Assembly (NCBI GenBank): GCA_964511075.1
Contig: CAZEDM010000008.1
Location: forward strand, 34,470 to 98,469
Length of the DNA stretch: 64,000 bases
From: an uncultured Ignavibacteria bacterium
GTDB taxonomy: Bacteria; Zixibacteria; MSB-5A5; RBG-16-43-9
Direction: 5' to 3'
Part shown: in pieces, positions 47,934-57,640 of the stretch
How positions within the stretch are numbered: the stretch's first letter is position 1
How the letters are laid out: the number at the start of each line of letters is the position of its first letter
The notes under the pieces: model-generated
What the model saw: only the letters and a program-made list of their open reading frames with translations
What the model was told of the DNA's origin: nothing
Databases searched by the model: none
Translations under genes and position numbers: made by a program

Positions 47934-48005
47934 TGAGGGTGGATGGGATCGAACCATCGGCCACCTGCTTAAAAGGCAGATGCTCTACCACTGAGCTACA
48001 CCCCC
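47934..48005 (-). tRNA. tRNA-Lys (anticodon TTT)
   Basis: Manually folded. Acceptor GGGGGTG/CACCCTC, D-arm GCTC-AGTGGTA-GAGC, anticodon arm TCTGC-CTTTTAA-GCAGG (positions 34-36 = TTT), T-arm GATGG-TTCGATC-CCATC, discriminator A. No encoded CCA. Confidence 0.85.
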
Positions 48006-48152
48006 AAATTTCCTTTAAAAGAGCTATACGCTGAAAATTGTCGAATCAAAGAGTTTTAGCTCTCCAAGACAACTAAAATATAGTTTGAAACTCTTTTGTC
48101 AAGTGGAAAGGTAACAGAGCAAAGGCGAGGAGACCTCGCCCCTACGGAAGAC

Positions 48153-49223
48153 CTATCTTTTCAAACCGCAGAGCATATGATATTTCCCTATTTGCTCCAG
48201 ACTTATCAGCCCTTTGAGAATTCCACCCTGCATCACCGGAAGAACAGAGATTTTTTCGGAACTCATCTTTTTAAAAACTTCAGAGAGAGGGGTGTCTTCC
48301 GAGGTGCTCAGAAAATCCTGAGGCATTATCTCCCTAACCCTGGTATCCTTGGAATGATTATGTAAGGCGGAAAAGATTTTTTCCCGTGACAGAATTCCCA
48401 GGACCTTATTCCCCTCTATAATGGGGAAGTCCTGCTGAAGCCCATGGCAGATTTTTTCCAGTACCATGCCCAAGGTCACGTCTGGAGTGATAGCCTCCAC
48501 GTCCGTAAGCATTGCCGCCTTAACCGGCACATCCGTTATCACCACTTTCAACTCAGTAGCCTTCTTCTCCCCTTCAGCGCCTAAATATATAAAGATGGCG
48601 ATAAGAGCTAACCAGGGATTGAAGAACAAGCCGAAGAAGAAAAGGAAAATGGCAAAGATCTCCCCGATTCCCACAGCGATCCTGGTGGCTTTTAAAAGGT
48701 CCATCCTCAGCCCTAAGAATCCTCTCAAGACCCTTCCTCCATCCATAGGGAAGGCAGGGAGCAGATTGAAAAGGGCTAAGATGAGATTTATAAAAAAGAG
48801 GTTAAGGAGTAGATTGCCTTGGAATATTGAGATCTTCAAATTTCTTATTCCAGGCGTAAAGAAGACAAATGCCAGATAGAAGATCAGAGCCAGGAGGATG
48901 CTGGTTACAGGACCAGCCAAGGCAACAAAGATCTCCTCATCTGGCTTTTGAGGAAGCTCCTCCATCTCAGAGACCCCGCCTATGGGAAGGAGAACGATAT
49001 CCTTTACCTTGACCCCGTATTTTCGCGCTAACAGACTATGGGACAGCTCATGGATAACCACGCACAGAAATATCAGTATCACACTCAGAATCCCGAAAAC
49101 TCCGGAACGAGCACCTTCCAGCCTGCTTCCATAAAAGCCGATGAAGATTAAAAGTAAAAAGAAGGTTATGTGAACCCTTATAGGGATTCCAAAAACCTTT
49201 CCGATTTGAAATGACCATTTCAT
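48153..49223 (-). CDS. Site-2 protease family (M50) zinc metalloprotease with C-terminal CBS pair
   Basis: HELSHSL (HExxH) in a transmembrane region; further transmembrane helices; two CBS-like segments at the C-terminus. Confidence 0.75.
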   Translation of the reverse strand: MKWSFQIGKVFGIPIRVHITFFLLLIFIGFYGSRLEGARSGVFGILSVILIFLCVVIHELSHSLLARKYGVKVKDIVLLPIGGVSEMEELPQKPDEEIFVALAGPVTSILLALIFYLAFVFFTPGIRNLKISIFQGNLLLNLFFINLILALFNLLPAFPMDGGRVLRGFLGLRMDLLKATRIAVGIGEIFAIFLFFFGLFFNPWLALIAIFIYLGAEGEKKATELKVVITDVPVKAAMLTDVEAITPDVTLGMVLEKICHGLQQDFPIIEGNKVLGILSREKIFSALHNHSKDTRVREIMPQDFLSTSEDTPLSEVFKKMSSEKISVLPVMQGGILKGLISLEQIGKYHMLCGLKR

Positions 49224-49493
49224 AAAACTCCTCCATTTTTTGAATCAAAAAAGCCGATTTAACTCATCCTAATTAGAATAAATTAATCTCTATTGTCAAG
49301 GTTTATCATTTTTTAATCCTGTTGCTGGACGGTAAAGCAGGTAGTCATCAGTGTCAAATAAACTGGAGGCCTGTTCCCTCTGTTTTTTTGGAGGATATAT
49401 TTTCGGATATTTAGCTTGATTTATTGTCTTTTAAAAGTTTAAATAGGACTAACATAGTATTAAAAAAGTAAACTTCAAAACCAGGAGGTTAAA

Positions 49494-50072
49494 ATGGTGT
49501 ATGTAGCTATGAATTATGACGCCCTTTTAGAGATGGAAGGTTTCAGCGATACCTTGCTGAAGAACCATTTCACTTTATATCAGGGGTATGTGAACAATAC
49601 CAATAAGGTTCACGAGATGTTAGTCGAGCTACACAAAACGGGAAAGACCTCTGGTCCGGATTATGCGGAGCTGAAAAGGAGATTCGGCTGGGAGTTCAAT
49701 GGTATGCGTCTGCACGAGCTATATTTTGAGAACTTAGGTGGCAACGGGAAGCTAAATCAATCCGGGAAATTGGCAAAGAGAATGGCTGAGGATTTCGGAA
49801 GCTACGAGCACTGGGAATCGGATTTCAAAGCCACAGCTATAATGAGGGGAATAGGCTGGGTGATTCTGTATCAGGATAATCTCACCGGAAGACTTTTCAA
49901 CCAGTGGATTAACGAGCATGATGTTGGCCATATGGCTGGATGCACCCCGATTTTAGTCTTGGACGTTTTCGAGCACGCCTATATGACGGATTACGGGCTG
50001 AAGAAAGCTGATTATATTACGGCCTTTTTCAAGAATATAAAATGGGAAAAAGCTGAGTCCCGGCTGAAATAG
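49494..50072 (+). CDS. Fe/Mn superoxide dismutase-family protein
   Basis: C-terminal DVFEHAYMTDY (D/H metal ligands) and W.FNGMRLHELYF. N-terminal His-box partly divergent. 192 aa. Confidence 0.55.
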   Translation: MVYVAMNYDALLEMEGFSDTLLKNHFTLYQGYVNNTNKVHEMLVELHKTGKTSGPDYAELKRRFGWEFNGMRLHELYFENLGGNGKLNQSGKLAKRMAEDFGSYEHWESDFKATAIMRGIGWVILYQDNLTGRLFNQWINEHDVGHMAGCTPILVLDVFEHAYMTDYGLKKADYITAFFKNIKWEKAESRLK

Positions 50073-50089
50073 AGTTTGGAGTTTGTTCG

Positions 50090-50300
50090 TTTGTTAGGTT
50101 GGTGTAGGGGCGGGTTTCAAACCCGCCCCTACAGTTTTATAGCGAAGGTCAAAAGACCTTCATTTCATTTTTATCAATGGAACTCTGAAGAGTTCCACTA
50201 ACTTTTAGCTCCTCCGTCAAGGAGGGAGCAATTTTGTAAGGGAGTCCCTTGTGGACTCCCGAAAAGAGGGAGGGGACAAGCTCCTCCCCTACATTTCTAA
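50090..50300. repeat. Array of about six different GC-rich perfect hairpins in a convergent intergenic region
   Basis: GTAGGGGCGGGTTtcaAACCCGCCCCTAC; GAAGGTCaaaaGACCTTC; GGAACTCTgaAGAGTTCC; CTCCTCCgtcaaGGAGGGAG; GGGAGTCCcttgtGGACTCCC; GGGAGGGGacaagctCCTCCCCT (imperfect). Confidence 0.35.
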
Positions 50301-50301
50301 C

Positions 50302-51732
50302 TCATTTTATAGCTACCTTTTTCGACACCTGAGCCATATTTATTATAGGCAGTGCTGGCGCATCTTTTCCGAAAAGGGAATTTATAAGACCTTGAGGTGC
50401 TGAGCGATAGTTTAGAATGGCAATGACATTTAATGATTTAGATTCAGGAGTCAGAAAAGCATACCTTTCTATCACATTTCCCTTGGGCGGTATTCTATGG
50501 TCAGAGATTACATAAGTTCCCTTGGCTACATTCAAAGTCGGATTTCCTTTAGAATCGCCCAAGACCGTATTGAAGATCCTGGTTTCTTTATCCAGATCTC
50601 CTTTTTCATCTACTGTCCCGGAAGTGAAGACCGTATTCCCCTTATCATCCAAAACCCTAATCTCCAGCCAGAGCTCTCTTACTTCAGTCAAACCAGTAGG
50701 GAGATAATGTCCGCATCCTGTGTTGGTAACCATAATTTTGATTGTGCCAATACCATTAGCAGCGAATGTATCGGGTGCAAGGATTTCCAAGGATGCAGCA
50801 TTATTCAATCTCTCCTTGGCCAAGGTAAAATGAAGAGTATCTCCCAGGAGAAGAGGGATAACTCCATTTGCTCCCACATTGTAGTGGGTGTAGAAATGTT
50901 CTCTTTCCGGACCCATAAGGCAGGGCTTTCCGGGATTGTCCGGCCTTTCTGTTGCTCCGGTGGCAGGGATCCCTGGTCTTTGCCTCATATGGCAATCCTG
51001 ACAATGCACCGTAGTGTTAGGGTCCAGGGTATTATAGGGGCCTCCTCTCCATTCAGAATAGGTTTTCTCAATAGGCAGATCGTTTCGGGCATGGGTGACG
51101 TCATGACACATCCCGCAAAATTCGGAGGTGGTGTGAAGCTCGGAATACCCGGTTTTATGGAAGGGGGATTCCGAATCCTTATAAGGTCCCCATTTTGTTC
51201 CTGGATTATCCTCACCCTCTCCAGGCTCCAAAATAAAAGGGGCATTGCCTATTCCGGCGGAAGCTTTTACCGAATGGCAGAAATCACAGAAAACGCCTTT
51301 TGAACCTAACTCGCTTACCCTGGAATAATCGCCTTCGGTTGTGGGTAGCTCACCAGTCAAATGAGCTACCGGAGCATGACAGCGCACACAGGTCAGAGCC
51401 TCATCTTTTTCCATTTCATTTTCTGCTTGATTTAAGAACAGTTTGGAGACCTTTTGAAAGACCGGGTCCTTTAAAGCAAATGCATGCATACCTCCTTTCC
51501 ACTGCTGGTAAAGCTCATTATGACACCCAGAACATACCACAGGGTCTATGAACTGGTTTTGCTGGAAGTCTCCGGGTAAGGAGATCTTTCCATCCAGATC
51601 CATATTAGCTGGTCTTCTGGCAGTGGATTTGGGCCAGGTGGGCGAGTAATCATTGGTATCTGCAAAAACCATAATAGATAAGACAGCAAGTATCGATATG
51701 AACATAAGACCGAGTATAACTTTCTTTCTCAT
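50302..51732 (-). CDS. Secreted pentahaem c-type cytochrome with C-terminal beta-rich domain
   Basis: Signal peptide. Motifs CSGCH, CVRCH, CDFCH, CGMCH, CQDCH. 476 aa. Confidence 0.75.
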   Translation of the reverse strand: MRKKVILGLMFISILAVLSIMVFADTNDYSPTWPKSTARRPANMDLDGKISLPGDFQQNQFIDPVVCSGCHNELYQQWKGGMHAFALKDPVFQKVSKLFLNQAENEMEKDEALTCVRCHAPVAHLTGELPTTEGDYSRVSELGSKGVFCDFCHSVKASAGIGNAPFILEPGEGEDNPGTKWGPYKDSESPFHKTGYSELHTTSEFCGMCHDVTHARNDLPIEKTYSEWRGGPYNTLDPNTTVHCQDCHMRQRPGIPATGATERPDNPGKPCLMGPEREHFYTHYNVGANGVIPLLLGDTLHFTLAKERLNNAASLEILAPDTFAANGIGTIKIMVTNTGCGHYLPTGLTEVRELWLEIRVLDDKGNTVFTSGTVDEKGDLDKETRIFNTVLGDSKGNPTLNVAKGTYVISDHRIPPKGNVIERYAFLTPESKSLNVIAILNYRSAPQGLINSLFGKDAPALPIINMAQVSKKVAIK

Positions 51733-51850
51733 ACTTCCTCCTTATCAAAGCCGCAAGATTTTTCTTGATTTCCATTCAAAATAAGTTAAAATATAAAAAC
51801 TGCAAGAAAAATCCGCCTTTAAAAGCGGATCTTTACAAAGGAGGTAATTA

Positions 51851-52645
51851 GTGAATATAGTTGTCTGTATAAAACAGGTCCCGGACACGGAGACCAAAAT
51901 AGAATTAAATTTTGATTCAAGCGGGATTGAAACTGAGGGGGTCAAATGGGTGATGAACCCCTATGATGAGTACGCGGTGGAGGAGGGGTTGAAAATCAAG
52001 GAGAAATACGGTGGTAAGGTAACTATTGTGTGCCTGGGTCCAGAAAGGTCAGTTGAAGCCATAAGGACTGCCCTGGCTATGGGGGCGGACGATGCAGTCC
52101 TGTTAAACGATCCAGCCTTTGAAGGATCGGATAGTTATGTCACTTCCCTGATTCTGTCCAAGGCTTTGAGCCAGATGGAATATGATCTTGTCCTCACCGG
52201 GAAGCAGGCAGTCGATTTAGACTGCTCTCAAGTCTACGCAGGATTAGCCGAGTTTTTGAATCTGCCCTATGTCTCTGTGATAGTTGGGTTAGAGCTTTTT
52301 CCTGACCAGAAGAAAGCCATAACCAAAAGGGAGACCGAGGGTGGAGAAAAAGAATTGATTGAGCTAAACCTTCCGGCGATCCTTGCCTGTCAGAAAGACC
52401 TGAATGTTCCCAGGTATGCCTCGCTTCCCGGGATTATGAAGGCTAAGAAAAAGGAGATAAAGAAGCTCGGCCTGGCTGACCTGTGTTTGAATCCGGAGCA
52501 CGTAGGGAAGGCTGGCTCCAGATTGAAAACCGGAAAATACTTTTTACCGCCACAGAGAAAGGCAGGGGTAAAAATAGAGGGTGAGATTCCAGAAGCTACT
52601 GCCAAGCTGGTTAAACTATTGAGGGAAGAAGCCAAGATAATCTAA
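51851..52645 (+). CDS. etfB: Electron transfer flavoprotein beta subunit
   Basis: GTG start. MNIVVCIKQVPDTE... N-terminus and overall FixA/EtfB layout. Confidence 0.85.
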   Translation: MNIVVCIKQVPDTETKIELNFDSSGIETEGVKWVMNPYDEYAVEEGLKIKEKYGGKVTIVCLGPERSVEAIRTALAMGADDAVLLNDPAFEGSDSYVTSLILSKALSQMEYDLVLTGKQAVDLDCSQVYAGLAEFLNLPYVSVIVGLELFPDQKKAITKRETEGGEKELIELNLPAILACQKDLNVPRYASLPGIMKAKKKEIKKLGLADLCLNPEHVGKAGSRLKTGKYFLPPQRKAGVKIEGEIPEATAKLVKLLREEAKII

Positions 52646-52656
52646 AGGAGAGAAAG

Positions 52657-53655
52657 ATGCCAGGAATTTGGATTATAGCTGAACATAAAGAAGGTAAATT
52701 CAAAAAGATAACTTTTGAGCTTCTAAGTTTAGGGAAGAAACTTAAGGAGAAAAATGGAGAGGAGCTCTGTGCTCTTCTTTTGGGCACAGATATCGAGAAC
52801 TTAGCTGACCAGTTAGGACCTTATGGGGCAGATAAGGTTTTTCTTTTAGAGGATGAGGTTTTAAGAAATTACACCAACGAGAGTTACGCAAAAGCGATTA
52901 CCGATTTATCCAAAGCCCAGAATCCTTCTATCCTTTTGGGAGGTGCAACCGCCCAGGGAAAGGATTTGCTTCCCCGGGTTGCTGCCGGCCTGGGAACCGG
53001 TTTGGCATCTGACTGTGTAAATGTAGACATAGAAGGAAACGGATTGTTAAAGATAACCCGGCCGATCTATGCTGGTAAGGTTTTGATAGAGGTAACCATA
53101 CCCGATTCCAAACCTCAGATGGCTTCACTCAGGCCCAACGTGTTGGAGGTTCTGCCAAAAGATGATTCAAAGAAAGCGGAGATTATAAAATCCAGGCCCG
53201 AGTTGAAAAAGGAGGATTTAAAATCGGCTCTCAAGGAGATATTAAAAGGGGAGGCCAAAAAAATCGATATCACCGAAGCGAATATAATCGTCTCCGGTGG
53301 CAGGGGGATGAAAGACAAGGAGCATTTCAAAATCTTGGAGGAATTAGCAGATGCCTTTGGTGAGGGAACAGCAGTTGGCGCCTCCAGGGCGGCAGTCGAT
53401 TCGGGTTTTGCAGCGCATGATATACAGGTAGGACAAACCGGAAAGGTGGTAAACCCCACTCTGTATATCGCCTGCGGAATTTCCGGCTCCATTCAGCATT
53501 TAGCCGGAATGGCAACTTCAAAATATATCGTGGCAATAAACAAAGACCCGGAGGCACCTATCTTCCAGAAAGCAGATTACGGGATAGTGGGGGACCTGTT
53601 CGAGGTTGTCCCGCTTTTAACCCAGGAAGTTAAAAAGCTCAAAGCCGAAGGGTGA
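52657..53655 (+). CDS. etfA: Electron transfer flavoprotein alpha subunit
   Basis: FAD-binding C-terminal block (IACGISGSIQHLAGM, VAINKDPEAPIF). Confidence 0.85.
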   Translation: MPGIWIIAEHKEGKFKKITFELLSLGKKLKEKNGEELCALLLGTDIENLADQLGPYGADKVFLLEDEVLRNYTNESYAKAITDLSKAQNPSILLGGATAQGKDLLPRVAAGLGTGLASDCVNVDIEGNGLLKITRPIYAGKVLIEVTIPDSKPQMASLRPNVLEVLPKDDSKKAEIIKSRPELKKEDLKSALKEILKGEAKKIDITEANIIVSGGRGMKDKEHFKILEELADAFGEGTAVGASRAAVDSGFAAHDIQVGQTGKVVNPTLYIACGISGSIQHLAGMATSKYIVAINKDPEAPIFQKADYGIVGDLFEVVPLLTQEVKKLKAEG

Positions 53656-53656
53656 T

Positions 53657-55663
53657 ATGGAGATAACCAGAGAGATATTCTGGAACGTTCAGGGAGTGAG
53701 GCTCATCGTTTATCTTTTAGCCTTGATCCCTGTTTTTCTTTTGATCTATGGATTGTGGAAAAAAATAAAGCTCTGGAAAATCGGGAGAGAAGAGAATCGG
53801 TATGGTCAGCTCTGGAAAAGGATAGGTTCAAAACTCTATTATGCAGCACTGCAGGTCAGGAATTTAGAAAAGATATTTCCAGGTATAATGCATCTTTTTA
53901 TCTTCTGGGGATTCGTAATTCTATTCGTCGGCACGGTAATAATCTTCCTGCAGGAGGATATCACTTTACCGATTTTCAGTTTTACTTTCCTTCACGGTAA
54001 TTTCTATCTCTGGTATTCACTTATATTGGATCTATTCGGGTTTTTAGCTATAGTTGGGGTTCTTTTAGCTTTATGCAGAAGGTTTTTTGTGCGTCCAGAT
54101 AGCCTGGATAACAGATCCGAGGATTTCCTTTCTTTATACTGGCTCCTCTTGGTTCTGATCACCGGATTCTCCAACGAAGGTTTGAGGATTGCTGCGACCA
54201 ACCCCGGGTTCGAAAAATGGTCTTTTGCCGGGTGGCAGATAGCTTCATTAGTGAAGTCTTTAAATTTTAACGCCGGCTCAATCCAAATCCTGCACCGAAT
54301 AAGCTGGTGGACTCATCTGTTTCTTGCTTTCGGATTTATTGGATATATTGCCTACTCCAAGCTCCTGCATATAATTTCCTCCCCCCTGAATATCTTCTTC
54401 CGCTCCTTTGAGCCGATTGGATTAATCAAGCCCATCCCGGATTTAGAAAATCAGGAGACCTTTGGAGTTTCCAAATTAGAGGAGTTCACCTGGAAAGACC
54501 TTCTGGATACGGATGCCTGCACTAAATGCGGAAGGTGTCAGGACAACTGTCCTGCATCTCTTTCCTCCAAGCCGCTTTCTCCCAAGAAAGTTATCTTGGA
54601 TTTAAAAACTCACCTCCAGGAGAAAGGTAATTTACTACTACAGAGAAAAGAGCCAAATCCAGATAAAAACCTCGTAGGCGAGGTTATCCTGGAAGACGAG
54701 CTCTGGGCATGCACCACCTGTGGTGCCTGTATGAGAGCCTGCCCGGTTTTAATCGAGCATATACCCAAGATCGTGGAGATGAGAAGGAATCTGGTTCTGA
54801 TGCAGAGCAGATTTCCCCAGGAGGTTTCCTTGTTTTTCAAGAATCTGGAAAACAACTACAACCCCTGGACCATAGGCTTTGCCACCCGTGCGGATTGGGC
54901 TAAGGATTTGAAGGTGAAACTACTTTCCCAGGATAAGGATATAGAATACCTGTATTTTGTGGGGTGTGCAGGCTCTTTTGACGACAGGGTGAAAAAGGTC
55001 TCCAGGGCAGTAGTCAACATACTGAACCAGGCAGGGATAAATTTCGGCATCCTGGGAACTGAGGAATATTGCTGCGGTGATTCTGCACGCAGGATAGGGA
55101 ATGAGTATTTAGCCCAGATTTTGGTCCAGCAGAATATAGAGATTTTTCAAAAATATAATATCAGGAAGGTAATAGTCTCCTGTCCACACGGTTATAATAC
55201 TTTAAAGAACGAATATCCATTATTCGGATATAAATTAGAGGTGACTCACCATTCCGAGCTTATCCTTGATCTGATTAGAGAAGGAAAGCTGAATTTAAAT
55301 AAGAAATTCGACTATAAAGTTACCTATCATGATTCCTGCTATCTGGGAAGATATAACCTGATGTACGAGCCTCCCAGACAGGTTCTGAAATCACTCTTCC
55401 CCAACCTTAAGGAGATGGAGCTTGTCAGGGACAGGGGTCTCTGCTGTGGTGCCGGGGGCGGGAGGATGTGGATGGAGGAAAAATTAGGCACAAGGATCAA
55501 CCAGATGAGACTGAAACAGGCTCAAGAAACCGGTGCCCAAATAGTTGCTACTGCCTGTCCCTATTGTCTTACTATGCTGGAGGATGGTATAAAGGAGCTG
55601 GAGATAAAGGATATGCAGGCTCAGGATCTGGCTGAGCTGGTGGAGCAGTCCCTCCAAAGATAA
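53657..55663 (+). CDS. Membrane-bound FeS oxidoreductase with two CCG (cysteine-rich, HdrD/GlpC-like) domains; candidate ETF:quinone oxidoreductase
   Basis: N-terminal ~6 transmembrane helices. Two 4Fe-4S motifs (CTKCGRCQDNCP, CTTCGACMRACP). Two CCG-type motifs (CCGDSAR..., CCGAGGG...). Start abuts the etfA stop. Confidence 0.75.
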   Translation: MEITREIFWNVQGVRLIVYLLALIPVFLLIYGLWKKIKLWKIGREENRYGQLWKRIGSKLYYAALQVRNLEKIFPGIMHLFIFWGFVILFVGTVIIFLQEDITLPIFSFTFLHGNFYLWYSLILDLFGFLAIVGVLLALCRRFFVRPDSLDNRSEDFLSLYWLLLVLITGFSNEGLRIAATNPGFEKWSFAGWQIASLVKSLNFNAGSIQILHRISWWTHLFLAFGFIGYIAYSKLLHIISSPLNIFFRSFEPIGLIKPIPDLENQETFGVSKLEEFTWKDLLDTDACTKCGRCQDNCPASLSSKPLSPKKVILDLKTHLQEKGNLLLQRKEPNPDKNLVGEVILEDELWACTTCGACMRACPVLIEHIPKIVEMRRNLVLMQSRFPQEVSLFFKNLENNYNPWTIGFATRADWAKDLKVKLLSQDKDIEYLYFVGCAGSFDDRVKKVSRAVVNILNQAGINFGILGTEEYCCGDSARRIGNEYLAQILVQQNIEIFQKYNIRKVIVSCPHGYNTLKNEYPLFGYKLEVTHHSELILDLIREGKLNLNKKFDYKVTYHDSCYLGRYNLMYEPPRQVLKSLFPNLKEMELVRDRGLCCGAGGGRMWMEEKLGTRINQMRLKQAQETGAQIVATACPYCLTMLEDGIKELEIKDMQAQDLAELVEQSLQR

Positions 55664-55664
55664 G

Positions 55665-56429
55665 ATGATTCTAAAAGATAACCAATTTTACGATCTTCTA
55701 TCCTCAGATTTCGACCTAATGGTTTCCTGGGAGAAAAGGTTGAAAAATGAGGCTCCGTTCTTTAAAAAGTTATTTAAAGAGTACAGGGTTAAAAAAATCC
55801 TGGATCTTGCCTGCGGAACAGGTCATCATTCGATATTTTTTGCCAAATCCGGTTATGAGGTTACAGGAGTGGATAAAAGCAGGGAGATGATTCGAATAGC
55901 CAGGAAAAACTCTGAAAAAGTTTTGGGAGTTAAGTTCTTAAGGGCGGATTTCTTGGATGTTTACCCCAGAATAAAACAAAGATTTGATGCGGTGATCTGT
56001 CTGGGGAACTCGCTTCCTCATCTGTTGAGCAAAAAAGCTTTGAGAAAAACCCTCAACGATATCTACAGACTTCTAAATCCTAATGGGATTTTTATCTTTC
56101 AGAACAGGAACTACGACAAAATACTGCAAAAGAGAATAAGATTTATGCCTCCGAATATCACAGATGGAAATGGAGAAAAAATTGTGTTCTTCAGGGTTCT
56201 TGATTTTCTTAAGTCCAAGATAATCTTCAACTTAATTACTTTCAAGCATAGACAGGGCAAGTGGAGCGTTCAAACAAAAACGACCTTATTACGTCCAATT
56301 AAAAGAAAAGAAATTGCAGGACTTCTGAGAGAGGTGGGTTTTAAAGGGCTGAGGATCTTTGGAGATTATAAATTTTCGCATTTCAGAAGATTTACCTCAG
56401 AAGACCTTATAGTTTTTGCCAGAAAATAA
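55665..56429 (+). CDS. Class I SAM-dependent methyltransferase
   Basis: ILDLACGTGHHS (motif I) and acidic motif II/III blocks. Confidence 0.65.
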   Translation: MILKDNQFYDLLSSDFDLMVSWEKRLKNEAPFFKKLFKEYRVKKILDLACGTGHHSIFFAKSGYEVTGVDKSREMIRIARKNSEKVLGVKFLRADFLDVYPRIKQRFDAVICLGNSLPHLLSKKALRKTLNDIYRLLNPNGIFIFQNRNYDKILQKRIRFMPPNITDGNGEKIVFFRVLDFLKSKIIFNLITFKHRQGKWSVQTKTTLLRPIKRKEIAGLLREVGFKGLRIFGDYKFSHFRRFTSEDLIVFARK

Positions 56430-56450
56430 TCCGTATCAAGGGAGAAAGAA

Positions 56451-56672
56451 ATGACAGATGAAAATAAGATAACCAAAGAGATGTCGTTTGGAGAGGTCTT
56501 GAGAAAATATCCTCAGACTGTCAAGACCTTCTTCGGTTTCGGGATGCACTGTTTTGGCTGTGCCATAGCGGAGAATGAGACCATCGAGCAGGGGGCGTTA
56601 GCTCATGGAGTCTCGCCAGATGAGCTGGTGGAAGAGCTAAATAAAATTATCGTAGAGAAAGCAAAAGAGTAG
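56451..56672 (+). CDS. DUF1858-like small redox protein (hybrid-cluster-protein-associated redox disulfide domain)
   Basis: 73 aa. HCFGCA motif plus conserved framing (TI.E...KYP.T...F..GM.C.GC......T..E.....G....E..EELN). Confidence 0.5.
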   Translation: MTDENKITKEMSFGEVLRKYPQTVKTFFGFGMHCFGCAIAENETIEQGALAHGVSPDELVEELNKIIVEKAKE

Positions 56673-56674
56673 GG

Positions 56675-57589
56675 ATGAACAATAATCAGAAGTTAGTCGA
56701 GGATATCCTTAAGCTTAAAGATGAGCGAAAGGCTATAATTTTGGCTCACAACTACCAATCACCTGGGGTGCAGGATATCGCAGATTTCGTAGGCGATTCC
56801 CTGGGTTTGAGCCAGGAAGCGGCAAAAACAGAGGCTGAGGTTATTTCATTCTGCGGGGTTCACTTTATGGCAGAGACTGTGGCAATTCTTTGTCCTGACA
56901 AGACCGTTCTGATGCCGGATTTGAATGCCGGCTGTCCTATGGCAAATATGATAACCCTAAGACAGCTTCGGGAGCAGAAGAAAAAACATCCTCAGGCTGT
57001 TGTGGTCACCTATATAAATTCCAAAGCCGAGATAAAGGCAGAAAGCGATTACTGCTGTACCTCCTCCAATGCGGTTAAGGTCGTTAATGCAATACCGGAG
57101 GATAAGGAGATATTATTTGTCCCGGATAAATATTTAGGCAGTTACGTAGCCTCCCAGACCAAAAGAAATCTTATCCTGTGGGAGGGTTTCTGCCCGACCC
57201 ACAGGAGAATTTTAGCAGAGGATATACTTAAGAAGAAAGCCTTATATCCCAAGGCAGAGGTTCTGGTTCACCCCGAATGTATCCCTGAGGTAATCGCTAT
57301 GGCAGACAAGGTCCTGTCCACTACCGGGATCTGTAAATATGTCAAGGAATCCAAATCCGAAGAATTTATTATCGGAACTGAGATAGGGATTTTGCACCGG
57401 TTAAAGAAAGAAAGTCCTGAAAAGAAGTTCTATCCCGCCTCAGAGCTGGCTGACTGCCCCAATATGAAGCTCAATAGCTTAGAAAAGCTTTTGTGGTCTC
57501 TGGAGGATTTAGTATACAAAATAGAAGTCCCCAAGGAGATCGCCCGCAGGGCTAAAAGGTCGATTGATCGGATGTTAGAAATAGGTTAG
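56675..57589 (+). CDS. nadA: Quinolinate synthase A
   Basis: AHNYQ, VHFMAE and CPMA blocks with three-Cys cluster ligands. 304 aa. Confidence 0.85.
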   Translation: MNNNQKLVEDILKLKDERKAIILAHNYQSPGVQDIADFVGDSLGLSQEAAKTEAEVISFCGVHFMAETVAILCPDKTVLMPDLNAGCPMANMITLRQLREQKKKHPQAVVVTYINSKAEIKAESDYCCTSSNAVKVVNAIPEDKEILFVPDKYLGSYVASQTKRNLILWEGFCPTHRRILAEDILKKKALYPKAEVLVHPECIPEVIAMADKVLSTTGICKYVKESKSEEFIIGTEIGILHRLKKESPEKKFYPASELADCPNMKLNSLEKLLWSLEDLVYKIEVPKEIARRAKRSIDRMLEIG

Positions 57590-57640
57590 AGGAGTAGGGA
57601 CGACCCGACGGATCGCCCCTACCTTAATTACAATCCCATT

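Noticed and set aside
49494-50072. Possibility that the SOD-like protein is an unrelated helical protein
   Set aside because: Retained as SOD-family because the C-terminal DVFEHAY and mid-region H…Y/F blocks match. Confidence is lowered because the N-terminal HH-box is incomplete.
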